From assembly GCA_964016885.1 (NCBI GenBank), contig OZ024743.1:221712001-221776000 (forward strand): DNA of 64,000 bases, in the 5' to 3' direction. A model generated the notes under the pieces. It did no database searches. It was not told the origin of the DNA and saw only the letters and a program-made list of their open reading frames with translations. The stretch comes from Eledone cirrhosa (lineage: Eukaryota). Numbering within the stretch: position 1 is the first letter of the stretch; the number at the start of each line of letters is the position of its first letter. A program made the translations under genes and the position numbers. Positions 45,103 through 58,562 of the stretch are shown here, one piece after another.

Positions 45103-45310
45103 GTGAGAAAAACCACAGACTCTCCATCTCAACTCTACTTTTGAAAAGCAGAAGAACCGCGAAACCGGTAAAGGAACCAAATAAATATATATATATATTT
45201 TTAAATAAGACTCCATTTGCATTTTCGATTTCATCTTTTTTTCTTTATACTTTCACTCGTGTAGGACACCTCGGTTATTTTTCATTTTGTAAAAAAATCC
45301 TCACTTTCTA
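45098..45310 (+). mobile_element. TA-embedded element with degenerate hammerhead and tail hairpin
   Basis: cttt-ttgaaaa-gc...gc-GAAAC-cg-GTA-aagg; ACTC-gtgt-agg-acac-ct-cggt at 45255-45275. Confidence 0.45.
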
Positions 45311-45340
45311 ATATATATATATATATTTATATATATATAT

Positions 45341-45432
<92 letters not shown>

Positions 45433-45477
45433 ATGTAATGGACGGTTGACACACAGATACACACATATATATATATA

Positions 45478-45671
45478 TCACATAAGAAATGGAGAATCAG
45501 TGGTGCGACGAATAAGATTTATTAGACATACTACAATCGTTTCTCTAGCGATTGTAATATGTCTAATAAATCTTATTCGTCGCACCACTGATTTTATAGT
45601 CTGCTCTGTAAGAGCATCGAGTGCACCAACGGCATACCGCATACGGATGCTTTAAGCATCCCACACCAATT
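45478..45671 (+). mobile_element. Fold-back mini-element family D
   Basis: Arms around ~45545 match 23758-23822; unique tail; (TA)n flanks. Confidence 0.75.
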
Positions 45672-45688
45672 ATATATATATATATTTG

Positions 45689-45849
45689 ATATAGAAATGG
45701 CTTCTTCATTTGGGAGAAATCAAAGAAGGGCTTCTTGATGATTTCTCCCATAGAAGTCCTGTAGAAGCAATTTCTATATTAAATATTGATACTCTGCTAG
45801 GTATTGAGTAGCTTACTTACTGTGGTTACCCTATTGAACCCGGGACAAG

Positions 45850-45850
<1 letters not shown>
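45689..45850 (+). mobile_element. Fold-back mini-element family E
   Basis: atatagaaatggcttct...agaagcaatttctatat arms; relatives at 30553 and 35785-35838 (minus: tgatga..gaaac..gtc). Confidence 0.68.
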
Positions 45851-45930
<80 letters not shown>

Positions 45931-46087
45931 TAGTGGTCGATACACACACATACACACATATATATATATAGTAGTCGATCGACCTTATTCTCTTAACGAG
46001 TGGAGCTTGTCAAATCGGAACGAAGAAACAATGTTTCCGTTGGTCTTTCCAATTGCTAATATTATCTACCGGTCGCAAATCTAGGTA

Positions 46088-46198
46088 GAAGGAGCAACGT
46101 GAAATAAAGTGTATTGCTAAATGACATAACGCTTCGCCCGGTCCGGGAATCGAACTCACAACCTCACGATTCTCTAACCACTCAGTCAAGTGTCTTCC
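46088..46198 (-). mobile_element. OR-like tRNA/CORE SINE
   Basis: ggagcaacgtgaaataaagtgt...gggaatcgaactcacaacc..ctaaccactcag is the reverse complement of the 60503 copy. Confidence 0.75.
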
Positions 46199-46223
46199 CT
46201 AATATATATAGAAATAGAGTTTG

Positions 46224-46370
46224 AATATTCATTTTATTAAGGCTAAATAGTGAAACTTGTTACACTGGAGTTTCGCCTGGAGATGCAGGCGAAACTCCAG
46301 ATAACAAGACTCACTTTTTAACCTTAATTGAATATTTCTAAACGTTCACTGTGCATATTTTCATATCTCT
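46224..46370 (+). mobile_element. Fold-back mini-element family C
   Basis: ctggagtttcgcctg-gagatg-caggcgaaactccag apex; aaggctaaatagtga/tcactttttaacctt arms. Confidence 0.7.
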
Positions 46371-47582
46371 TTAAGTAGAGCTGTTATGGCTTAGTTTCGG
46401 AGTGAATTTCTCAATAAAATAGTTTTCCATTTCCAGTTAGTAGTTTAAATCATCTTCTGAACCTTCGCAAAAAGAGAATATTTTCAATTTGCTGATCCCG
46501 CAAATGTCTAAATGTTCGTTTGGTGGGATTTCTTTTAGTGCCGGATTCAATATCTTTTGTTTATATATTCTGATCTGTTCACGAAAAGACTATCGCTATG
46601 ACCAATTTGATTCTCTTTCCAGCCGAAACAGACTTTACAATATGACAGATTTTCTCTTTTGTAGTTCATTTCTGCATTTATTTTAAAGGAATGGCTGAAA
46701 CTAAAGAAAATCCCATGTGTATGTACGTACGCAAGTTATACGTGTGTATATATGTGTATATGTTTTGCTATGTGTGTACGCATGTCTGTCTGTATGTGGA
46801 TACGTATGTACAAATGTATGCAGTAAATGTGATGTCATATTTCATGTTACATATATATATATATATATATATATATCACACAAATATGTATATGATTATT
46901 ATTTAGTAGCAGCTATAATGATCAGTATGAAATATATGCCTGTCAAACGTCCATTAAATCTACTCCTTATAATTACGTGACCGAAAAACACACAATAACA
47001 AGCACATACATACACTAACGTATATACACACACATACAGCCACTGACACACACTAACACATACACTAATGTACACACACACATACACTAATATACACACA
47101 CACACGCAGCTACTAACACACATACACTAATGTACACACACATACAGCCACTAACACACATACACAACTGTACACACACGCATACAGCAACTGACACATA
47201 CACAACTGTCACACACACACATACAGCCACTGACACACACATACAGCCACTGACACACACATACAGCCAGTGACACACACATGCACAACTGTACACACAC
47301 ACGCAGCCACAGCTTTTAATCATTTCGATTGATATGCTTGATCAACCGATCAAAATGTTTAAAGTGGATTCACACACACACACACACATACATATACACA
47401 CAACAGTATATATACTGAAATACGTATATATTTACACACACACACACGCACACACACACACATTATATTTATATATGTATATATATATGTGTGTCTGTGT
47501 GTGTATGTATGTATGTGTATGTTTGTATGTATGTATGTATGTATGTGTGTATGTATGTATGTAAGTATGTGTGTATGTATGT

Positions 47583-47624
<42 letters not shown>

Positions 47625-47729
47625 GTGTATATATGTATGTGTATGTATGTTTGTATGTATGTATGTGTGTATGTATGTATGTGTATGTATGTATGTATGT
47701 AAGTATGTGTGTATGTATGTATGTATGTA

Positions 47730-47760
<31 letters not shown>

Positions 47761-47991
47761 ATGTATGTATGTATGTATGTATGTATGTATGTATGTATGT
47801 GTGTGTATGTATGTATGTATGTGTGTGTATGTTTGTATGTATGTATGTGTGTATGTATGTGTGTGTGTATGTATGTATGTAAGTATGTGTGTGTGTATGT
47901 ATGTATGTAAGTATGTGTGTATGTGTGTATGTATGTATGTGTGTGTATGTATGTATGTATGTATGTGTGTATGTATGTATGTATGTATGTA

Positions 47992-48022
<31 letters not shown>

Positions 48023-48039
48023 GTGTGTGTATGTATGTA

Positions 48040-48072
<33 letters not shown>

Positions 48073-48600
48073 ATGTATGTATGTGTGTATGTATGTACAA
48101 CTGCACGTTTGTACACAGAGTAGAAGCGAGGAAGAGAGAGAAAGAGAGAGAAAGAGAGAGAAAGAGAGAAAAGCATGCAGGTTTTGGCCTTCTGTTTCTC
48201 GTCAACTCCGTCTAAAGCTTCATATCGCCAGAGGGCGCTGTACATATATTTGTTTATTTATTTACTTGAATACTTATTTATTTATCGGCATTTAGGAAAC
48301 CCCAATGCCGCTTCACAGATTGAGATGCGCTTCAACGGATTTGTATTATATGCTGACATGTATAAGATTAAAAGTTGTTTAACAACGTTAAAATTTCATG
48401 AAGTTTATATGCTAAATTTCTCGCGAATAAAGTGTTTGTTAATAGTATGTAATGTCATGTTTTACAAATTAAATGGAATATTTTGTTTGTTTGTTGTTGT
48501 TGTTTGGGTTTGCTTTGTATGGTTTCTTCTAGTGGTTTTAATTGAAAATTAAATTATGGACAGACAGATAGACAGATAAACTGACAGATAGACAGATAGA

Positions 48601-49282
48601 TATCTTTCTTTATTTGCCACAGGGGCGTACAAAAATGGGATATTACAAGACGTGACGGCGGGGGTTTTACATAAAAATCATATAACTTTAACATTAATAA
48701 ATAACAATAAACTATATATAATAAAATAACAATTGAAATCCCCAATAGGGGGGAACGTTACTGCAGGGTTGTTTTACACCCCGTGGATAGAACAACCCTC
48801 AACACCAGGAACACGTTTTGTAGGTGTTCCTATCTTCCCTCTGTTTATCTTCCTTAACCTACAGGTTTATATACAGAGAAGGCCCATTCACTCGGGCCAT
48901 TTTCGCCACATTCCCCCACCTTTCAGCGAATTTACTGGGGTGTAGCACCTATCTCTCCACTCTCACCTTCCTTCTGAAGTGGTACTTAAAGAAGGGGATA
49001 AGTTGTTGTCCGGAGAGAAAGGTGTTTGCTCTCAGTCCTTTTAACCTCGTTTACCATGTTACCTCTTTCACCATAGCCACCAGACAGAGGAAAACCGCCT
49101 CTCCTTCATTCTTAAATGAAGGCGGCGTGGTGATTCTCACGATGGACTCGGCTGACAACTGGCTGCGTCCCACACGTGACAGTAGCTGTTCGACATAATT
49201 CCACAGGTCGGTCACCCCTGGGCACTGAACAATTGCCTGCAGAACGGTTTCGATGTCCTGCTCGCATCTTGGACAGGTCCTT
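48601..49282 (-). mobile_element. 5'-truncated Tx1 copy (ORF2 C-terminus + 3'UTR)
   Basis: Homologous to 31001-31655; 3' end abuts (GATA/GACA)n. Confidence 0.85.
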
Positions 49283-49504
49283 TTGTATATGTGTGTGCGT
49301 TTGTATACGTGTTTATGTGTTTGTATTCTTAAATTCTTATATAAAGGTAATAAATGTTATTTACAACATACGTTATTATATAAACACATCACACACACAC
49401 ATACACACACACATATATATATATATGTGTGTATTTATTTACCCATATACACTTACATATACATATGTGTAACTTACAACATACATAGATATATATGTGC
49501 ACTT

Positions 49505-49556
<52 letters not shown>

Positions 49557-49783
49557 GTACGATGCATGTGGCGTCAGTTTGAATGGAGAAAATGCACGAA
49601 AATGAAATTCCAAGATGGTTCAGCTTGAACTTTAGATTATGGACTACAGATAACGGCGACCATCGGTGTCAAGTTACGTTCGCTAAAGCCAATACGACTC
49701 TACCATTAAAATCACTCAAATATATTATTTCACAAAGTTACAATGCATACAATTGACTTTATGTATATGTATATGTATATGTA

Positions 49784-49889
<106 letters not shown>

Positions 49890-50199
49890 GTATACAGAGT
49901 TATGCATATATATTTATCATTTGTGTGTGTGTGTGATGTTTAGTATGTGTGCAAGCACAATAGTACGATCTATGCAACCAAGCAAGAACAATGTGTTATG
50001 CTGTATTTTGCTTTTGAATCTCACTTGCTTATATATGTATGTGTGTATGTGTAAGTGTGTGTGTGTGAGAGTGTGTGCGTGTCGGGTCTATAACATTTTA
50101 ATATATATCCTGAGCCATCCTTCTCCAGATTTCATTACAACCGATTTCTTCCAGATAAGAGAGAGAGAGAGAGGGGGGGGTGAACAAAGAGATAGAATG

Positions 50200-50345
50200 G
50201 GAAAAATTGACCCTAGTACTGCACTGGTATTTCTTTTATCGACCTCGAAGTGATGGAAGACAAAGTTGAGCTCAGCTGGATTTGAACTCAGATTCCGGGA
50301 ACGAATGCTGTAAGACATCCTATCCGATGTTCTAACTATTCTTTC
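50200..50345 (-). mobile_element. OK-like SINE, diverged
   Basis: tttatcgacctcgaagtgatggaagacaaagttgagctcagctggatttgaactcag. Confidence 0.7.
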
Positions 50346-50360
50346 AACTTGCTACATGGA

Positions 50361-50391
<31 letters not shown>

Positions 50392-50734
50392 GTGTGTGTA
50401 TGCGTGTGTGTGTGCGTGTGTGTGTGTGTGTGTGTGTGCATGTGTGTGTGTGTATGTGCGTGTGTGTGTACGTATGTCTGTGTACGTATGTGTGTGTATG
50501 CGTGTGTGTGTGTGTGTGTGTGTGTGTACATGTGTCTGTCTACGTCTGTGTGTGTGTGTCTGTGTCTGTGCGTGAGTATGTGTGTGTTCCCACGCAAATC
50601 CGTTTATCCCACTATATAACGTAGTGTGCCCGTTCTGATATGCAAATTCGTATTTGCAACATCATTGAGTGTGTGGAAATCGGTGACACTAGGCGATATC
50701 TAATTGTCTGGCTCGTTATAATTATATATATATA

Positions 50735-51393
50735 CTAGCCGAATTACCCACGCCTTGCTGCGTTTCACACATTTTTTTGTAAGAAAATGATGATTGATTT
50801 TAAATCAGTCATATAATTTATGGAGAAAAACTCTGCATTTCAATATTACTCAATGTAAAATGTAATGTATGAAAAATTGGAAAACACTATTTTTTGTAAT
50901 ATATCATATCAAAATTACGGATTGGCAGTATCGGTAGAGGGTCAGACACCATGCTTTGCAGCAAAGAGTTACGGCCCTTTATGTTCAGAGTTCAGATCCC
51001 GCCGAGGTTAACTTTGCCTTTCATCCTTACGGGGTCGATAAAATAATTGCTGGCCTTGTGCCAAAAGTAGAAACAATTATTAAATCTTATTCTTATTTTG
51101 TTTCTTGTAAATAATTTTTTTCAAAATAACAATTCAAAACTTTTGTGAATAGGCATCTTGTCTTGTTCTTTACTTATGGTTTAAATTTCATATAAATCGA
51201 AGGGAAAACATTTTCAGTGGGGGTTTTGTACCCCAGGGAACCCTTTGATTAAAATAAAATATACTTATCCAAGAACCCGGGCAATGTAATTTCAGAATAT
51301 ATATGGTTATGGGGGTCTATCTCCAAAACCATAGGATAGTTCGTGAACAAACAAACAAACAAACAGATAGGAATACAACTTTATATATATAGA
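50735..51393 (-). mobile_element. Non-autonomous Helitron with nested OK-like SINE (50918-51080)
   Basis: Minus strand starts a|TCTATATATATAAA, has an internal (TTTG)n and ends with a GC-rich segment + CTAG|t; typical Lep1-like Helitron layout. Confidence 0.65.
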
Positions 51394-51411
51394 TATATAT
51401 AGATATATAAG

Positions 51412-52212
51412 TTTATCCGGAAAAACTCTGGGCGTAGAGGAGGACGAACTGGCCAGTCCGGGACTGATGGGCAACTTCCAAAAGTCCCTGTCCTGGCAGT
51501 GCTAGCGAGGAGCTCTACCAGTTCGAGACAAGCTGTACAGACACGGGCGCCCGGGCAGGGACCCTTCGAAAAAGATCTGTCCGAGATGCGTGCGCGACGG
51601 TTTCCTCGTCGCGCACGCATTCGTACACTGCCTGGGCGTTACCGACCTGTGGGGCTATGTAGAACGACTATTGTCGCGAGTGGGACCAATCCAGTTGACC
51701 ACCGAGTCCATTGTCATGATCAAACCGCCACCCTCCTTCAAAAACGAAGGATAGACGGTTTTCCTATGTGTTATGGCTATAGTGAAAGAGGTTATATGGT
51801 GGACGAGGTTAAAAGGGCTGAGGTCAGACACCTTTCTCTCCGGCAAACAACTGATTCATTTTTTCAAATACTATTTTGGAAGAAGAATCAGATGGAGAGA
51901 GAGGTGCTGTACCCCAGCAAATTTTATGAAAGGTGGATGTATGTGGCAAAGATGGCCCGAGTGGTTGGGCCTTCTCTCTATATAAGCCTGTAGGTTGAGG
52001 AAAAAGAGGAAGAGAAGAAGAGAGTATACACTCTTGGTGCTCCTGGAGATGAGGGTTGTACATTTTTTCGGGGTGCGTACAACCCCTGTGTAACACCTCC
52101 CCCCCCCTATTAGGGATTTCAATTGTTATTTGTTTTTTTATTAATAATTTTATGTAAACTCCCCATTTGTATTTCTCCCCTTCTTTTGTGTCCTTGTGGC
52201 TAATAAAGATAT
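51412..52212 (+). mobile_element. 5'-truncated Tx1 copy (degenerate ORF2 C-terminus + 3'UTR)
   Basis: KEVIWWTRLKGLRSDTFLSG..; matches reverse complement of 31001-31830. Confidence 0.88.
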
Positions 52213-52379
52213 TTATATTATATCTGTATTTTTGACCGTTGGTCAGTCAATGGTAAACATTGAGGACCGAATGAATTAACTGATATAAAAGATACAGAAG
52301 CGAAAACCAACCAAACAGTGAGTGTGTTCTGTTATTAATTCTGGCAATATTATTACAACAATATGACCCTCTCCAAGTA

Positions 52380-52383
<4 letters not shown>
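52213..52383 (+). mobile_element. Extra Penelope pLTR segment
   Basis: Direct match to 55333-55512, ending at aagtataac before (TA)n. Confidence 0.75.
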
Positions 52384-52464
<81 letters not shown>

Positions 52465-52659
52465 ATATTGTTATACTTGGGGAGGGTCATATTTGTGTAA
52501 TATTGCCAGAATTAATAACAGAACAGACTCACTGTTTGGTTGGTTTTCGCTTTTCGCTTCTGTGTCTTTTATATCGGTAATTTAATTTATTCAGTCCTCA
52601 ATGTTGCCATTGACTGAGCAACGGTCAAAAATACAGATACAATATAGACACAAACACAT

Positions 52660-54990
52660 AAATAAAAGAGTTTGCATACCACAACAAATAGATGACGAGA
52701 CAAAGGCACAGTTCACCATAGCTAGAAATAAGATTAGACAAATAGTAGACCGGTATACTAAGAGACAGAGCAGACCAGAGGTCCAACAACTTGGGAGGAA
52801 ACCTGTAGAAGGCTTGGTTAGCCTCAAGTAGCACACAGGGGATGGTGAGGTAGTATGTCTACCCACGGATAAGTCTGGTAGGATGTCAATAGACAGCATG
52901 CCGAACTACATCAAGGCTATGCAACCCCACATCACCAACACGAGCGAAATTGCACAGCAAATACATGATGGGAGAGAGAAAATCCTCAACGCTCACATGA
53001 TGATGTGGACCGACATCCTAAAGCCAAGCAGACGCACTGCCAACAACTTCCAGGCGTCCAACAATGGCATACCACCCTTGTATGGGCTCTGCAAAGACCA
53101 CAAGACAGTCGACGACCCGACAACAGGACCACCAACAAGACCTGTATGCGGAGCAAATATAGCTAGCAACTACAGGATCTCCTACTTCCTCTCAATGGTT
53201 ATACGCCCCATAATCAAGATGTCCCCAGATGTATGTGAAGTACAAAGGACCTCCTCAGCAGAATCAGTGAGTGCAACAAAAACACGTACCTATCCAACTG
53301 CATAATAGGCAGCATGGATGTGGTATCACTGTACACATCCATTAACATTGATTTTACTGTGGAAAAATGTGTGGAGATGATCATTGAGAGTGAGGTGGAG
53401 TTCTGCGACGTCGACACAGACGAACTGGGCCTCCTACTTAGACTTACCTACGACACTGACTACCTAGACAGCCATGACCTTAGACGTTTCTGCCCCAGTA
53501 GACCCATAAGAGGTAGACCCCCCCCCCCCCCACCACCACCACCACTATAATCTCAATGGCTAAAAAGACTCCCATGGGAAGGTGAATTGGGTGGACCAAA
53601 GCTATACGGACCCCCCAAAACAATGATCAGGTAAGAAAAATGGTCGCTCATGCAATAGGGGCTAGTATCAAACCTACCCTAAAGGGCCACATATTCAAGT
53701 TCAATGAGAAGATCTACACCCAAAATGAGGGAGCAGCCATTGGCGTCAGCATAGCTGGTGACGTTGCCAGCCTTTTTATGGTATGGTGGGAAAGGAGACT
53801 TAAAGATCTCCTTAATGAGAGCTCCATAGACCTCATCATGTACTCTCGTTATGTAGACGATATCAAAATAGTTATAAGAACACTCACTAGAGAGCACTAA
53901 CAAGTTTAATTTAGAACGTAGCACAATGGAAAGCATCCAGCAGATAGCTAATTCCATACACCAGAGTATAACTGTAACTATCGACTACCCTTCCAAACAC
54001 CCTAACAATAGACTACCTGTATTAGACACAGAACTCTGGATTAACACTATAGACGAGAGAGCCCAAATTCTCCACTCACACTATGCTAAACCCATGGCCT
54101 CCAAATACCTGATACTCAAAAACTCAGCAATGTCCAGTAGTGCTAAGTTTAATATTCTGATCGCAGACTTGGTACGAGTGATGAAGAACGTGTACCGCAT
54201 GTGCGATCCAACAGAAATGGAAAGACACATCCAACACTTCATCAACCGCATGCAGTTCTCTGGTTACAACCAAAGAGACAGAATCAGAGTATACGAAGGA
54301 GCCACGGAGAAGTATAAGACCCTCATAGAACTGGACATGAAAGGAGTTTGCCCATTATACAGGAGCAAATCATGGAATAGCTTAGATAGGGCTAGACATA
54401 AGATAGGGAAAGCCACCTCATGGTACGACAACCAGAGATACCAGAGTGTCATGTTTGTGGACGCTACCCGTGGAGGGAAATTAGCTAACCAGTGTAGAAA
54501 AGCCCTGAGAAAGACCCACTTAAAGATGAAGGTGGTAGAAAAGCCAGGAACCACCATAAAATCCCTGATCAGCAAAACCTACCCTTTTAAGAAAACCCAC
54601 TGTAGTAACAAGGAATGTATTATATGTAAGGTAAACCCCCGGATAAACTGTAAAACTAGAAACGTAGTCTATAGCATAAGATGTACAGAGGGTACTTGCA
54701 GAAACATGACAACAACATAAATAGGCGAGACAGCTCGTAGCATAGGTGAAAGGATAGACCAACACTGGGGGGAACTAAAAGGACGAAAAAACGGACAGTA
54801 CTATACGAACATGCCAGACAACAACACGACGGTAACATACACAACATAGAAATTTGAATAATATCTAAACATAGAAATAACCCAGCAGATAGGCAAATCA
54901 GAGAGGCCAGTGAACTTAGAAGGCCAATGCTAAACAGAAAAAATGAATGGAATAACAACACCCAAACAAACAACACTGACCTTAGAGAAG
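52660..54990 (+). pseudogene. Penelope RT + Cys-rich linker + GIY-YIG endonuclease (frameshifts and stops)
   Basis: PTDKSGR, LYGLCKDHK, RPVC, MDVVSLYTSI, QNEGAAIG, RYVDDI, LPVLD, HYAKP, CSNKECIIC, NVVYSIRC...*IGETARSIGER, RQIREA..LNRKNEW. Confidence 0.9.
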
Positions 54991-55265
54991 TATAAATAAA
55001 TAAATAAATAAATAAATAGATAAATAAATAAAGACATACACAAGCACAATAACAACAAACACATATAAACACACACTAGTAAAGATAGAATACATTAACC
55101 AATACACAGTCACCCAATCACGAACACACATCAAACAAAACACTATACACACACGCAAACGCATGCGCAAAGAAGACAAAAAAAAAATAAACAAATAAAT
55201 AAATATATAAACAGACTAAATAAAGATAGTGTAGAAAATACAATGCAACGGGAGGAAACAATAGC

Positions 55266-55307
55266 ACCACTGACGATGTTGGAGATGTGCAACGAAAGAA
55301 CTTTGAT
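55266..55307 (+). ncRNA. Minimal hammerhead in Penelope pLTR
   Basis: acca-CTGACGA-t-gttg/caac-GAAA-gaa-CTT-tgat; positional homolog of 1101-1143. Confidence 0.65.
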
Positions 55308-55570
55308 AAACTATATATATGTGTTTGTGTCTATATTATATCTGTATTTTTGACCGTTGGTCAGTCAATGGCAACATTGAGGACCGAATAAATTAAATTC
55401 ACCCACCGATATAAAAGACAGAAGCGAAAAGCGAAAACCAACCAAACAGTGAGTGTGTTCTGTTATTAATTCTGGCAATATTACACAAATATGACCCTCC
55501 CCAAGTATAACAATATTTGTTTCGACACACGATTTCATATCAAAAACCTCGCAAAACTAATTCATCGCCG

Positions 55571-55656
<86 letters not shown>

Positions 55657-55885
55657 TTATATGCAGAAGAAGCCTTTTTATTATAAACATAAATAATGTC
55701 AGGAAACTGTGATTATTATGTAAATTTGAAAATTCAAAATGATTTGTTTGAAATGATTTATAACTACTCCACTTAGTAGAATCAAACGTCTAGATGTTCT
55801 TATTTGGTTCTGTTTCACGTTCTCGCTTGATTATTGTTATCGAAATGTCAGCGACGTGAATTGAATATAAGCAGCAACTTCCACA

Positions 55886-55936
<51 letters not shown>

Positions 55937-56086
55937 AGTCACTAAAGAAAGAGCCCTCAATGTGTAAACGTAAATATACTATATTGAATAGAATACATGG
56001 TAAACTGGCATATACCTTCTTAGGTACTCCTTAGTTGTTTCTAGTCAATATGTGGGTGGGTGTGAGTGTTTATTTGCTTGTGTGTG

Positions 56087-56118
<32 letters not shown>

Positions 56119-56125
56119 GCATATA

Positions 56126-56222
56126 TCAGTGTGTCCCAAAAATGTATGCACACTTCAACAGTATTCTATTAAATATTGCCTGTACTGGTAATCAAAGTGT
56201 GTATACAATTTTTGAAACACTA
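56126..56222. mobile_element. Tc1/mariner-type MITE
   Basis: TIR cagtgtgtcccaaaaatgtat / atacaatttttgaaacac; TA flanks. Confidence 0.65.
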
Positions 56223-56232
56223 TATATATATA

Positions 56233-56272
<40 letters not shown>

Positions 56273-56739
56273 GTTAGTATGACACATATAAATATATATT
56301 AACTCTCACACACCAACACATACACAAAATTGGAACCATCGCAACTACTAAGAAGAAGAGAAGAGATGAGAGAGAGGGGCGGAAAGAGGGAGTGAGAGAG
56401 AATGAGAGAGGGGCGGTAAAAGAGAGTGAGAGAGAATGAGAGAGGGGAAAGAGATAGAGATGGATGGGGGGGGGTATAATATGATGACAATTCTCCTAAT
56501 TGTGTCAATGAATCCAATTACAGCCGAGTGAAGAAATGGAAGAAATAAGTGGAAACAATAGGAAGAGACAAAAGCTAGGATCTAGCAACATATCAACATA
56601 TCTGCAAATGCACAATATACTTTTATTGTCTTCCAGAACATTACTCTTTATAGTCGCCTGATTTTAGAGGTAGTGTTGAGTGTTTGTGCATCAAATGCAT
56701 CAAATATTCAAGCAACCGTACAGCATAACATCTAGATAT

Positions 56740-57270
56740 GTATGATGCATGTATATATGTATGATTTCATGTATGTATGCTGGCATGTTTATATGCTGGT
56801 ATGTATATATGCATGTATGTATATATGCAGGCGTGTATATATGTATGATTGCATGTATATATGCTGGCATGTATATATTCTGGTATGTATATATGCCTGT
56901 ATGTATATATGCTGGCGTGTATATATGTATGATTGCATGTATATATGCTGGCATGTATATATTCTGGTATGTATATATGCCTGCATGTATATATGCTGGC
57001 GTGTATATATGCTGGCATGTATATATGTATGATTGCATGTATGTATGATTGCATGTATATATGCTTGCATGTATATATGCTGGCATGTATATGTGGTGAT
57101 ATGAATATATGCTTGCATGTATATATATATTGGTATGTATATATATATGCTGGTATGTATATATATATTGGTATGTATATATGTTTACATGTATATATAT
57201 TTGCATGTATATATGCTTGCATGTATATATGCTAGCGTGTATATATGTGCTGGCGTGTATATATGGCTGC
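56740..57270. repeat. ~16-bp minisatellite (gcatgtatatatgctg)
   Basis: Tandem diverged units. Confidence 0.9.
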
Positions 57271-57421
57271 ATATTATGTTGTATTGTATATATTTTGACG
57301 ATCGTATTTGGTCGTGCTTATTACTGCTATATCGTTCTCACCACGACGACATGAAATATTAAGTGTTATTTGTATCGATGCAATTGTATATATATATATA
57401 TATATATATATAACATACGTA

Positions 57422-57468
<47 letters not shown>

Positions 57469-57721
57469 GGGGAGAGAGAGAGTAATGAGAGATGAGAGAG
57501 AGAGATGAGAGCGAGAGAGATGAGAGAGAGATTGATGGGAGCGAGAGAGAGAGAGAGAGAAGGAAAGAGAGAGAGATGTGTATATACACATGTATATATA
57601 CATATAATTACGTATATATATATATATAAATATATGCACGCGCACACACACACACACACACATATATATATACACATACGTGTATACCCACAGAGAGACA
57701 TATATATATATATATATATAC

Positions 57722-57768
<47 letters not shown>

Positions 57769-58124
57769 CATGTATATATGCATACTTGTATATATGTACA
57801 TACATATACATATACATATACACACACATTTCATATACTATATACAATCATCAGAACTGATGGAATTCAAAATGTCACCTTACTTCAACACAGAAGTAAT
57901 TGGCCAATACCTTCTAGATTCCGAATTGGCTAGGTTTCTTCGTTTCTCAAAATATGTTGTTGTTATTGCTGCAGCTTCTGCCAACCGGATCGTTCCAGTT
58001 ACCGATTTTAACTGGTAGATTAATAGATTTTTTTAGCGTACAATGCCTAGGTTTTGTTGTGACATTGAATTTATTCTCCTTTAATCTGTTGGTTTGTTCT
58101 CGATAATAATAATAATAATAATAA

Positions 58125-58562
58125 TAATTGTTTCTACTTTAGGCACAAGGCCAACACTTTTGGGGAGAGGGAAAAGTCGATTAAATCGACCCTAGTGCAT
58201 TACAGGTACTTTATTTTATCGACCCCGTAAGAATGAAAGGCAAAGTTAACCTCGGTGGGATTTGAACTCAGAACGTAAATTGACGTAACTATGCCGCGAA
58301 GCAAGGTGTCCAATGCTCTATCGATTCTGCCAATCCGCAATAATAATAATTGTTTCTACCTTCGGCACAAGGCGAGCAATTTGGTGGGAGGGGAAGTCGA
58401 TTAAATCGACTCCAGTGCATTACTGGTACTTTATTTTATCGACCCCATAAGGATGAAAGGCAAAGCTAAACTCGGTGGGAATTAAACTCAGAATATAAAA
58501 AAAAGCTGCAATTAAATACCACAAGGTATTTTGTCTACCGTTCTAACAATTCTGTCATTCCA
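58125..58562 (-). mobile_element. Two tandem OK-like SINEs (58125-58338, 58345-58562)
   Basis: Each has a (TAA)n tail, Meta-like core and B-box. Confidence 0.85.

Larger units (their letters stand above)
52461..55572 (+). mobile_element. Penelope-like element (Neptune-like), 5'-truncated, with inverted pLTR arm
   Basis: 52461-52659 is the reverse complement of ~55318-55513; internal RT and GIY-YIG remnants; pLTR hammerhead; (TA)n on both sides. Confidence 0.9.
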
